DNA of 64,000 bases, from NCBI GenBank assembly GCA_028686135.1, contig JAQUCP010000002.1:11306-75305 (forward strand). The letters run 5' to 3'. The notes beneath the pieces were generated by a model, which ran no database searches, had not been told where the DNA came from, and worked only from the letters and a program-made list of their open reading frames with translations. This stretch comes from Bacteroidales bacterium. Its GTDB lineage: Bacteria > Bacteroidota > Bacteroidia > Bacteroidales > UBA12481. Of the stretch, positions 34,640 through 43,736 are shown piece by piece; position 1 is the stretch's first letter; every line of letters starts with the position of its first letter. The position numbers and the translations under genes are program-made.

Positions 34640-37354
34640 TTATACAGCTGCTTGTGCTGCTGCTAACCTAGCAATTGGCACCCTGAAGGGTGAGCAACTG
34701 ACGTAATCCATTCCAACCCGATGGCAGAATTCAACGGAGGAGGGTTCTCCACCATGTTCTCCACAGATTCCAATCTTGAGTTTCGGGCGGCTGCTCCGTC
34801 CTTTTTCAACAGCCATCTGGACTAGCTGGCCAACGCCTTCCTGATCGAGTACCTGGAAAGGATCTTCCTTGAGTATGCCTTTTTGTAGGTACACCGGTAG
34901 GAATTTTCCGGCGTCATCACGCGAATAGCCAAAGGTCATCTGGGTCAAATCGTTAGTTCCGAATGAGAAGAACTCGGCACTTTGGGCGATCTGGTCGGCC
35001 ACCAGGGCAGCACGGGGAACTTCGATCATAGTTCCAACGAGATAATCGATGGACTCATTTCTTTCAGCGAAAACCTGATCAATGGTTTTCCGGGTGATTT
35101 TCTCCTGAAGTTTCATCTCTTCAAAAGTACCGGTCAACGGGATCATGATTTCCGGATGAGCTTCAATGCCACGTTTTTTGAGGTTCAGCGCAGCTTCAAT
35201 GATAGCTCGAACCTGCATCTCAGTGATTTCAGGGTAGGTGTTACCCAGGCGGCAACCCCGGTGCCCGAGCATCGGGTTGAATTCGTGAAGTGATTCAACT
35301 TTACTCCTGACTTCTTCTGGGGTGATGCCCATCTCTTCAGCCATCTCTTTCTGGTTGGCCTCTTCATGAGGAACAAACTCGTGAAGTGGTGGATCGAGTA
35401 ACCTGACGGTTACGGGCAAGCCTTGCATGGCTTCGAAAATTCCTTCAAAATCGCCACGCTGAATGGGCAGCAGTTTGGCCAAGGCTTTTCTTCTGCCGGC
35501 CTCGTTATCAGCCAGAATCATTTCACGTACGGCTTTGATCCGGTCGCCTTCGAAAAACATGTGCTCGGTGCGGCAAAGGCCGATTCCAATTGCCCCAAAA
35601 TTGCGGGCTACCGTTGCATCATGCGGGGTGTCGGCATTAGTTCTCACTTTGAGTCTGGAGTATTTATCAGCCAGCAGCATCAGTTCGCCAAAATCGCCGC
35701 TCAACTCAGGATCAATGGTGGTAATTTTCCCTTCGTACACTTCGCCTGTTGATCCGTTTAAAGAGATCCAGTCACCCTCCTTAAATTCCTGACCATCAGC
35801 TTTTATTGAACGAGTCTTGTAGTTGATCTGCAGAGATCCAGCACCTGACACACAGCATTTGCCCATACCCCTTGCTACCACAGCAGCGTGGGAGGTCATG
35901 CCTCCTCTGGCGGTCAGAATTCCTTCTGCTACGTTCATCCCTTTCAGGTCTTCGGGAGAGGTTTCAATCCGGACAAGGACAACCTTTTTCCCAGCAGCAG
36001 CCCACTCTTCAGCTTCGTCAGCATGGAAAACGATCTGCCCGGTAGCTGCTCCCGGAGATGCCGGCAAGCCTTTGGCCAGCACAGTAGCTTTTTTAATCGC
36101 ATTTTTATCAAACACAGGATGTAAAAGCTCGTCCAATTTGTTGGGCTCCATCCGTTTAATAACGGTTTTTTCATCGATCTTCCCTTGACGAAGCATATCC
36201 ATGGCGATCTTCACCATAGCGGCCCCGGTGCGCTTGCCATTTCTGGTCTGAAGCAGCCAGAGTTTACCATCCTGAATGGTAAATTCGAGATCCTGCATAT
36301 CTTGATAGTGATCTTCCAGCTTTTGCTGAATGGTGTTCAGCTCAGTAAACACTGCTGGCATAGCTTCTTCCAGAGAAGGGAAGCGGGTTGCCCGATCGGT
36401 TTCGCTCACATTCGCTAGTGTTGCCCAGCGCTGTGATCCTATCTTCGTGATCTGCTGAGGTGTACGGATGCCTGCTACAACATCCTCGCCTTGAGCGTTA
36501 ATGAGGTACTCCCCGTTGAAGATGTCTTCGCCAGTGGCTGCATCACGAGTAAAAGCTACTCCGGTACCGGAGTTTTCACCCATGTTCCCAAATACCATGG
36601 CCTGAACGTTAACAGCCGTACCCCAATCATCCGGAATACGATTAAGCTTACGATAGTAAACAGCACGATCATTGTTCCAGCTGTCAAATACAGCCATGAT
36701 GGCTCCCCATAGTTGCTCCCAAGGATCAAAGGGAAAATCTTTGCCGGTGTTCTTCTTAACGGCTGCTTTAAACCGGGTAACCAGGTTTTTCAAGTCTTCA
36801 ACGGTGAGATCCGTATCCAGCTCCACACCCTTCTCCTCTTTCATCTCATCGATGATTACTTCAAAAGGATCCATCTCCTCTTTTGAGGCTGGTTTAAGCC
36901 CTAAAACCACGTCACCATACATCTGAACAAAACGACGATAGGAGTCCCAAGCGAAACGGGCATTACCAGTCCGCTTGATCAATCCCTCAACGGCGTCATC
37001 ATTTAACCCTAAGTTCAGAATTGTATCCATCATTCCAGGCATGGAGGCGCGTGAACCTGAACGAACAGATACCAGACAAGGGTTCTCATTGCTCCCAAAA
37101 CGGGTACCCATAATATCTTCAACCTGCTTGACCGCTGCTTCAACATCCTTACGGAGCAATTCAACAACTTTTTCGCTGCCCAACTGGTTGTATTCGGTGC
37201 AAACTTCGGTAGTAATGGTGAATCCGGGAGGTACCGGAACGCCGATAAGATTCATCTCCGCCAGGTTGGCACCCTTGCCACCTAAGAGATTTTTCATGTC
37301 GGCACGACCTTCAGCTTTTTTGTCGCCAAAAGTGTAAACTCTTTTTACTGACAT
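34640..37354 (-). CDS. ppdK: pyruvate, phosphate dikinase
   Basis: 904 aa. N-terminus [31 protein letters not shown]. Phospho-His loop [16 protein letters not shown]-terminal PEP-utilising motifs GLCRTEHMF and SFGTNDLTQ. Confidence 0.95.
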   Translation of the reverse strand: MSVKRVYTFGDKKAEGRADMKNLLGGKGANLAEMNLIGVPVPPGFTITTEVCTEYNQLGSEKVVELLRKDVEAAVKQVEDIMGTRFGSNENPCLVSVRSGSRASMPGMMDTILNLGLNDDAVEGLIKRTGNARFAWDSYRRFVQMYGDVVLGLKPASKEEMDPFEVIIDEMKEEKGVELDTDLTVEDLKNLVTRFKAAVKKNTGKDFPFDPWEQLWGAIMAVFDSWNNDRAVYYRKLNRIPDDWGTAVNVQAMVFGNMGENSGTGVAFTRDAATGEDIFNGEYLINAQGEDVVAGIRTPQQITKIGSQRWATLANVSETDRATRFPSLEEAMPAVFTELNTIQQKLEDHYQDMQDLEFTIQDGKLWLLQTRNGKRTGAAMVKIAMDMLRQGKIDEKTVIKRMEPNKLDELLHPVFDKNAIKKATVLAKGLPASPGAATGQIVFHADEAEEWAAAGKKVVLVRIETSPEDLKGMNVAEGILTARGGMTSHAAVVARGMGKCCVSGAGSLQINYKTRSIKADGQEFKEGDWISLNGSTGEVYEGKITTIDPELSGDFGELMLLADKYSRLKVRTNADTPHDATVARNFGAIGIGLCRTEHMFFEGDRIKAVREMILADNEAGRRKALAKLLPIQRGDFEGIFEAMQGLPVTVRLLDPPLHEFVPHEEANQKEMAEEMGITPEEVRSKVESLHEFNPMLGHRGCRLGNTYPEITEMQVRAIIEAALNLKKRGIEAHPEIMIPLTGTFEEMKLQEKITRKTIDQVFAERNESIDYLVGTMIEVPRAALVADQIAQSAEFFSFGTNDLTQMTFGYSRDDAGKFLPVYLQKGILKEDPFQVLDQEGVGQLVQMAVEKGRSSRPKLKIGICGEHGGEPSSVEFCHRVGMDYVSCSPFRVPIARLAAAQAAV

Positions 37355-37432
37355 AGTTAATCGATTAATTTATGGTTATCTGTACTTTTTTTTCAATGAG
37401 TGGCAAAATTAACAAAAAAAGGGATTGAATCG

Positions 37433-38350
37433 TTAATTTTCGCTCTTGAAGGCCCTACTTCTTGGATGATAGTGGTTAACCGTATCCCTCAAGTATTCAC
37501 GATTTAGATGTGTGTAAATCTCAGTTGTCAGGATTGACTCGTGTCCGAGCATATCTTGTACCGCTCTTAAATCAGCTCCATTTTCAATCAGATGGGTGGC
37601 AAACGAGTGGCGAAAAGTATGTGGACTGACGGTTTTTCTAATACCGGCCTTTGCTGCCGCAGTCCGGACGATGTTGAATATCATGACTCGGCTCAGTGGC
37701 GCTCCACGATTGTTTAGAAAAACCACATCAGCATATTTCGGTGGGATAGCCTGATGATTACGATTATTCTCAAGGTACAAACTTAATGATCGGGCTGCCT
37801 GAACGCCAAATGGTACCAGCCTCTCTTTTCCTCCTTTACCTGTGATGCGGAGATAACCTTCGGAAAAATGGAAGTGCGATAACTTAAGCCCAGTTAACTC
37901 CGAAACGCGTAAACCACATCCGTATAATACTTCAATGATTGCCTGATTTCGGTGGCCAAAGCGTTGGCTGAGATCAATGGATTCAATGATTTTTCCTATC
38001 TCTTCGCTGGTTAGAACATCCGGCAAATGTCTCGCTATACGCGGAGTCTCAAGTAAAACAGCTGGATTGTCCGGCATCAGATTCTCGATAGACAGAAACC
38101 GGAAGAACGCTTTTATCCCACTTAAAATCCTAGCTTGGGAACTGGCAGCAAGCCCTATTCCATGCAACCAGGCCAGAAAATCCCGCAAATGTTTAATGTT
38201 CACCTGATGAACAGCTAAGCCGGGATACGCTATGTCAAGAAACTGAAATAATTTGCTGACATCAGCAAGATAACCCTCCACACTGTTGGCGGCAAGCGAC
38301 TTCTCAAGCAGTAAGTGCGACCGGAAAGCCTCGCGGTAAGGGTTCTTCAT
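37433..38350 (-). CDS. xerD: site-specific tyrosine recombinase XerD
   Basis: 305 aa. Motifs GLRVSEL, HTFRHSFATHL, LGHESILTTEIYTH (R..HxxR..Y catalytic set). Divergent from aroQ, as in many Bacteroidota. Confidence 0.8.
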   Translation of the reverse strand: MKNPYREAFRSHLLLEKSLAANSVEGYLADVSKLFQFLDIAYPGLAVHQVNIKHLRDFLAWLHGIGLAASSQARILSGIKAFFRFLSIENLMPDNPAVLLETPRIARHLPDVLTSEEIGKIIESIDLSQRFGHRNQAIIEVLYGCGLRVSELTGLKLSHFHFSEGYLRITGKGGKERLVPFGVQAARSLSLYLENNRNHQAIPPKYADVVFLNNRGAPLSRVMIFNIVRTAAAKAGIRKTVSPHTFRHSFATHLIENGADLRAVQDMLGHESILTTEIYTHLNREYLRDTVNHYHPRSRAFKSEN

Positions 38351-38421
38351 TTCTGTGTTAACGTGATAATCTGACTAAATTACCGCTTTAGGACCGGATT
38401 TAGTATTTTCGTGCTAAAATT

Positions 38422-38859
38422 ATGCCGATGAAAATTCTCATCATCAACGGACCTAATCTAAATCTGCTCGGTAGTCGCGAGAAATCAATTTACGGTAATC
38501 AGTCGTTTGAGTCCTACCTGGCTATGCTCCAGGATCTTTTTCAGGATTTCACTATCGACTATTTTCAGAGTAACGTGGAGGGGGAAATTATTAATAAACT
38601 GCACGAAGCAGCTACTCAATACCAGGGAATTGTCCTAAATGCCGGCGGATATACCCATACCTCCGTCGCTATCGCTGACGCCATCGCCGCAATAACCATA
38701 CCCGTTACCGAAGTGCATATCTCAAACCTGCTCACCAGAGAAACATTCCGGCATACCTCCCTGATCAGCCCTAAATGCGCCGGTTCGATCATGGGGTTCG
38801 GCTTGGATTCCTATCGTTTGGGTATCGAAAGTCTTCGGGTTATTTCTGCAAAATCTTGA
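38422..38859 (+). CDS. aroQ: type II 3-dehydroquinate dehydratase
   Basis: 145 aa. Motifs ILIINGPNLNLLGSRE, IYG, NAGGYTHTSVAI and EVHISN. Confidence 0.92.
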   Translation: MPMKILIINGPNLNLLGSREKSIYGNQSFESYLAMLQDLFQDFTIDYFQSNVEGEIINKLHEAATQYQGIVLNAGGYTHTSVAIADAIAAITIPVTEVHISNLLTRETFRHTSLISPKCAGSIMGFGLDSYRLGIESLRVISAKS

Positions 38860-38905
38860 AGGACAGAATAATAACGCCATTATTTTAACCAAAAAACTAC
38901 TTGGA

Positions 38906-40327
38906 ATGTACCTAAAACACACGAAAATTGTGGCTACGATTTCTGATTTTCGTTGTTCAGAAGAGTTTATTCGGGAGCTGTTTGAAGCTGGCATGAACGT
39001 CGTTCGGATCAATACAGCTCATCAGGATCTGGAGGGATCACGTAAAGTGGTCGAGGTGGTCCGAAAAGTTTCCGATCATATAGCTATTCTCATTGATACA
39101 AAAGGACCAGAAATCAGAACAACCGTCTGCCGTGATCCGATTGAAGTGGGCGCGGGAGATCTTATCGAGGTGGTAGGGAATCCGGATCTGCCTTGCATCC
39201 CTGGACGGATCTGCGTGAATTTGAATGGATTTGCAAAACACCTGGCTCCTGGGAACCAAATACTGATTGATGATGGAGATATTGGAATGACCGTTCTGGA
39301 GATCAAAGGAGACGTCGTCGTCTGCCGGGTGATCAATTCTGGCCATATAAAGTCAAGGAAAAGCGTCAATGTGCCTGGTGCCCGACTGAATCTTCCAGCT
39401 CTTAACGAAAAAGACCGGGAGTATATCCAGTTTGCCATTGATCATGATATCGAATTCATCGCACACTCGTTTGTCCGGACAAAAGAAGATGTTCTGGAGA
39501 TCCAAAAAATCTTGGATCAACAAGGATCGCCAGTCAAGATTATCGCAAAAATCGAAAACCAGGAGGGGGTGGATCATATCCATGAGATATTAAACCATGT
39601 CTATGGTGTCATGGTGGCCCGGGGCGACCTAGGGATTGAGATCCCGGCCGAACAAATTCCGGGGATCCAAAGAAGGTTGATCCGGGAGTGCATTCACCGG
39701 AAAAAGCCGGTGATCATTGCCACCCAGATGCTGCATAGCATGATTGAAAATCCCAGACCTACCCGAGCAGAGATCTCAGATGTGGCCAACGCTATCTATA
39801 CCGGCACCGATGCACTAATGTTGAGTGGCGAAACAGCCTACGGAAACTATCCTGTAGAGGCAGTGCGCACCATGACCAATGTCGCCCGGGAAGTGGAAAA
39901 TAACCGAGAGGTGACAGGTATAACTATCTCATCTATAGATAATAAGATTGCTGCCTTTCTGGCAAACGCCGCGTTCAGAGCATCGACAGAATTGCATACT
40001 TCTGCCGTGATCATTGATACCCTCACTGGCCGTACCGGGCGCTACATGGCCGCTTTCAGGAGTGGAAACCCTGTCTATGCCGCATGTTATACCCAGCGGG
40101 TAGTTAGGGAATTGGCTCTTTCCTACGGCATTGTGCCATTCTTTATCGTGAAAAGAGCGAATACCGATATTTTTAAACGGGATGTGGCTGCCTATCTGTT
40201 GGAAAAAGGGCAAATCAAACTTACAGATCGCATTGCTCTGATTGGCGGGAGTTTTGGGCCGCAGAAAGGAGCCTCGTTTCTCGAAATCACCCGACCGAAA
40301 GATATCCTGGCTCATCTTCCCGGTTAG
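38906..40327 (+). CDS. pyk: pyruvate kinase
   Basis: 473 aa. Motifs TKIVATI, MNVVRINTAH, DTKGPEIR, MVARGDLGIEIP and ATQMLHSM. Confidence 0.93.
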   Translation: MYLKHTKIVATISDFRCSEEFIRELFEAGMNVVRINTAHQDLEGSRKVVEVVRKVSDHIAILIDTKGPEIRTTVCRDPIEVGAGDLIEVVGNPDLPCIPGRICVNLNGFAKHLAPGNQILIDDGDIGMTVLEIKGDVVVCRVINSGHIKSRKSVNVPGARLNLPALNEKDREYIQFAIDHDIEFIAHSFVRTKEDVLEIQKILDQQGSPVKIIAKIENQEGVDHIHEILNHVYGVMVARGDLGIEIPAEQIPGIQRRLIRECIHRKKPVIIATQMLHSMIENPRPTRAEISDVANAIYTGTDALMLSGETAYGNYPVEAVRTMTNVAREVENNREVTGITISSIDNKIAAFLANAAFRASTELHTSAVIIDTLTGRTGRYMAAFRSGNPVYAACYTQRVVRELALSYGIVPFFIVKRANTDIFKRDVAAYLLEKGQIKLTDRIALIGGSFGPQKGASFLEITRPKDILAHLPG

Positions 40328-41661
40328 GGCTGATGAATCTCCTGCCGGATTTGTTGGCTAATCTTCCGAAATTGATCAAGAATTTCCTCCTCATCGATAT
40401 TCGGAAAAACTCGCTGCTCCATGACCAGCTGACCATTAATGATGACTGATTCGACATCTCCTGAATGCATGGCATAAGCAATGGTGTTGTAAGGGTCAAA
40501 AGGTGGATACCAATGTGGACCACCAGGGTCTATGATGGTTATATCGGCTAACTTGCCAACCTCCAGGCTTCCTAATTGTTGACCCATCCCGTAACCCTGG
40601 GCTCCGTTGATAGTAGCCATTTTTAACAGCTCGGGTGGGGTAATAACCGTCGGATCTTGGTAGATGACCTTCTGAACCCGTGCTACCTCTTGCAGTTCCC
40701 TAATCATACTCTGATGATTATTGCTGGCCGGACCATCAGTTCCGATAGAAACATGGATACCCTTTTTTGTTAGCTTCTTTAGTTGAAGACTGCCCGAGCC
40801 TAACTTCATATTCGAATTGGGGATGGTAGCAATGGTAGTTCCACTTTCTGCCAGTATATCCAGGTCTTCGTCGTTGAAATATAGACCGTGATGAGCAACC
40901 GTTTGTGGACCCAAAAAACCTAGGTCGGATAGATATTTGGCCGGTGATTTTCCGTAACGTGATGTGATGGTTTCAACTTCCTTGATGGTTTCAGAAAGAT
41001 GAATGTTAGAGCAGATATTCAGTTCTTTAGCAAGTTCAGCAGCTTTTCGGATCACGTCAGGAGAACAGGTGTAAGGCGCATGTGCTGCCACTGAGATCGT
41101 GATCAGGGGATGATCTTGGAATTCATTAAACATTTCCCTGGTGTGGCGAAGGGTGGCGAATGCGTCGGGGTGGCTTGGCGTAGGAAAATCCATCACTCCT
41201 TCTCCAAGGATAGCACGCATGCCTATTTTATCCGCTGCCCTGGCTACCTCTTCTTCGAAGAAATACATGTCGGAAAAGGTTCCAGTGCCGCTCCGGATCA
41301 TCTCCATCATTGAAATTAAGCTCCCGATATAGACCGTTTCCGGTGAGATAAACCGTTTTTCAGCTGGCCAGATAAAGTGGTTTAACCAACCATCAAGGCT
41401 TAAATCGTTTCCTAGCCCCCTGAAGATCGACATGCCAGCATGGTTGTGGCTATTAAACAGGGCTGGAATGATGATGCGCCCATCAGCATGGAGTATCCGG
41501 CGAGCTTTGACTGCCTGTTGAGCAGCATCGTCAGGGCCAATGTGGTGAATCCGGTTGCCAATGATGTGAATGACGCCCGGATAATATTCCGTAAAGTGCT
41601 CATCCAGCGTGAGTATTTTGGCCCCAGTGACGACTAGGTCTATCGGTATTTGATCTTTCAT
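40324..41661 (-). CDS. amidohydrolase-superfamily deaminase (MtaD/SAH-MTA deaminase-like), copy 2 of a tandem pair
   Basis: Start moved to ATG 41661 (MKDQIPIDLVVTGAKILT), giving an ATGA overlap with the upstream paralog. Metal motif FNSHNH, then HLSE, HGLY and GTDGPASNN. Confidence 0.75.
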   Translation of the reverse strand: MKDQIPIDLVVTGAKILTLDEHFTEYYPGVIHIIGNRIHHIGPDDAAQQAVKARRILHADGRIIIPALFNSHNHAGMSIFRGLGNDLSLDGWLNHFIWPAEKRFISPETVYIGSLISMMEMIRSGTGTFSDMYFFEEEVARAADKIGMRAILGEGVMDFPTPSHPDAFATLRHTREMFNEFQDHPLITISVAAHAPYTCSPDVIRKAAELAKELNICSNIHLSETIKEVETITSRYGKSPAKYLSDLGFLGPQTVAHHGLYFNDEDLDILAESGTTIATIPNSNMKLGSGSLQLKKLTKKGIHVSIGTDGPASNNHQSMIRELQEVARVQKVIYQDPTVITPPELLKMATINGAQGYGMGQQLGSLEVGKLADITIIDPGGPHWYPPFDPYNTIAYAMHSGDVESVIINGQLVMEQRVFPNIDEEEILDQFRKISQQIRQEIHQP

Positions 41662-43004
41662 TTTTGCAATAAAATAAAATCGTGAACCGATGCGTGAGTC
41701 ATCCACTTCTTCACCTCTTTCAGAATAACTTCTTCATCCATGGTCAATACTTTCCGGTCTTCCATCAGCATGCGCCCAGCAACCACCGTTGTTAGAATGT
41801 TCTCATTCTCCATGCTATACGCGATCTGTGCATAGGGATCATAGTCAGGGAGCATATTGCTTGCCGTTGCGTCAATTATCATGAAGTCGGCCGAAAATCC
41901 CTGGCTCAGTACTCCAGTGGTGCTATCCAGGCCGAAGATGGCAGAATTTACACCAGTTGCCATAAGGATCACCTCCTTGGCTGGCAGGACGGATGGATCT
42001 AATCGATTCATTTTGTGTAGCTTGGCTGCAGTCTGCAGTTCGTTGAGCATACTCAGGCTGTTGTTAGAGGAGGCACTGTCTGTGCCAAGTCCCACGCGGA
42101 TGCCCCGCGAAACCAAGTCGGGAACATCACAGATGCCACTACCCAACATCATATTGCTATGAGGATTGTGAATTACGCTAACGCCCTTATCGACAAAGAT
42201 TTGTTTGTCTTCCTCGGTTAGATGAACGCCATGAATGGCAATAAAATCTGGGCTCAGCACTCCGGAATCCTGAAGCCAGCCAACGGGGGTTCGGTTAAAA
42301 TTCGCAAGGAAGCTGTCAACTTCGCGTTTGGTCTCAGCGACATGACTACAGATCTTGATCTGATGGTGGTGGGCAAATTCTCCTGCCTGATGGTATAAGG
42401 ATTCGGAGCAGGTAAAGGGAGCGTGTAAAACGAGATAGACATGCAGCAATGGGTGGTTGCCATATCGTTCAAGTAGTCCCTCGGTGACGGAAAATCCATC
42501 TTCAGGGTCCTGCACCGATGGTGTCGGTGAGCTGAAGAGTGCTTCGCCTAGAAATCCTCGTAGTCCACTCTCTTCGATTGCTTTAGCGGCATAGGTTGAA
42601 TAAAAATTCATGTCGGCCAGCGTTCCGGTGCCGCTACGAATCATTTCCAGCAGGGAAAGACAGGAGCCCAGATAGACATTTTCCGGGGTGCAAAAGCGCT
42701 TCTCTAGAGGCCAGATCACCTGCTCAAGCCATTCATGCAGCCGCAGGTCAGTTCCCAATCCACGGTAAAGCGAAACGCTCAGATGCGTGTGCGCGTTAAA
42801 AAAGGTAGGCATGATCAGGCGGTTAGTAGCATTGATGATCCGATTGGCACGAACCTCATCAGGGTAGGATTTACGTTCTCCAACGTAGGCTATCCTGCCG
42901 TTTTTAACCAGAATCAGCCCATCATCATATTCCGTAAAATCATGATCTAACGTCAGAATATGACCACCTGTAATCGCAATATCGTAAAGCTCATCCATTG
43001 ACAT
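41658..43004 (-). CDS. amidohydrolase-superfamily deaminase (MtaD-like), copy 1 of a tandem pair
   Basis: 448 aa. Metal motif FNAHTH, then HVAE, HGVH and GTDSASSNN. Same architecture as the downstream paralog. Confidence 0.75.
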   Translation of the reverse strand: MSMDELYDIAITGGHILTLDHDFTEYDDGLILVKNGRIAYVGERKSYPDEVRANRIINATNRLIMPTFFNAHTHLSVSLYRGLGTDLRLHEWLEQVIWPLEKRFCTPENVYLGSCLSLLEMIRSGTGTLADMNFYSTYAAKAIEESGLRGFLGEALFSSPTPSVQDPEDGFSVTEGLLERYGNHPLLHVYLVLHAPFTCSESLYHQAGEFAHHHQIKICSHVAETKREVDSFLANFNRTPVGWLQDSGVLSPDFIAIHGVHLTEEDKQIFVDKGVSVIHNPHSNMMLGSGICDVPDLVSRGIRVGLGTDSASSNNSLSMLNELQTAAKLHKMNRLDPSVLPAKEVILMATGVNSAIFGLDSTTGVLSQGFSADFMIIDATASNMLPDYDPYAQIAYSMENENILTTVVAGRMLMEDRKVLTMDEEVILKEVKKWMTHASVHDFILLQK

Positions 43005-43137
43005 TTCCCCAAAGTTTGACCTGACAAACAGCGCAGAGTGCTACCAGAAAAAGGATGTGGTCATATCCACGAAAATCGGCGATAGGCTCCAGACCTAATT
43101 CAAAATACATCCGGAAAGTACTCATCATGATTGGCAT
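42991..43137 (-). pseudogene. possible HupE/UreJ-family gene fragment (N-terminal ~48 codons only)
   Basis: MPIMMSTFRMYFELGLEPIADFRGYDHILFLVALCAVCQVKLWGNVNG* resembles the conserved N-terminus (G..HI...GyDHiLFl.aLc) of ~190-aa HupE/UreJ membrane proteins. It stops early and overlaps the amidohydrolase start by 14 nt. Confidence 0.4.
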
Positions 43138-43182
43138 CGATCGGGGTAAAAGTATTAATTTTACAGGGTAATCGTTTGTGTG

Positions 43183-43695
43183 ATGAGACAAAAATGGCGT
43201 TTTTTGGTGTTCTTGCTGATGATTCCGACCCTCTTGGTGGCTCATCCGTTACACTTGTCATTTACCAACCTGGAGTTTAATGAGGCTCAGCTAGAGTGGG
43301 AGCTGACTGTCAAGGTTTTTACGGATGATTTTCAGAATTCTTTGGAACAGACGATCCAGTATTCTAATCCTCTTCCAAAAACTAGCAGGTCAGCAGATTT
43401 TGGCAAAGTCATGCTTCAGTGGCTTGGGGAGGCTCTCTCTATCCAGTTCGATGATCGGAAGATCCCTGCAACAGTTTGGGAGTTCGAAAGTCTTAAAACC
43501 CAGAAGGATGCAGTATTGCTGACAGTTACCTTCAAAGCCGACCCTCCTGCTACTTCTCTCTTGGTTCGCAATACCATTCTCTTTGAGCTGTTCACCGATC
43601 AGAAGAATTTGTTCATCTTTACCATGGGACCGTTTCAGTCGGCAAATCAGTTCAACAAAAAAGAACCGGAAACCCTCATTACTCTGAAACAATAG
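43183..43695 (+). CDS. DUF6702-like secreted protein
   Basis: About 170 aa from ATG 43183. A signal peptide is followed by HPLHLSFTNLEFNEAQLEWELTVKVFTDDF, a pattern I associate with the Bacteroidota DUF6702 family. The name is from memory and was not checked. Confidence 0.5.
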   Translation: MRQKWRFLVFLLMIPTLLVAHPLHLSFTNLEFNEAQLEWELTVKVFTDDFQNSLEQTIQYSNPLPKTSRSADFGKVMLQWLGEALSIQFDDRKIPATVWEFESLKTQKDAVLLTVTFKADPPATSLLVRNTILFELFTDQKNLFIFTMGPFQSANQFNKKEPETLITLKQ

Positions 43696-43736
43696 GTATG
43701 ATATTTGATTGCTCCATCAGGTTTTTACGATTCAGA

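Noticed and set aside
37357-37368. A perfect 12-bp palindrome, TTAATCGATTAA, 2 nt upstream of the ppdK start codon.
   Set aside because: It is short, AT-rich and single-copy, with no second site or flanking conservation that I can evaluate. It is as likely chance as an operator. I noted it only as something to include in a motif scan.
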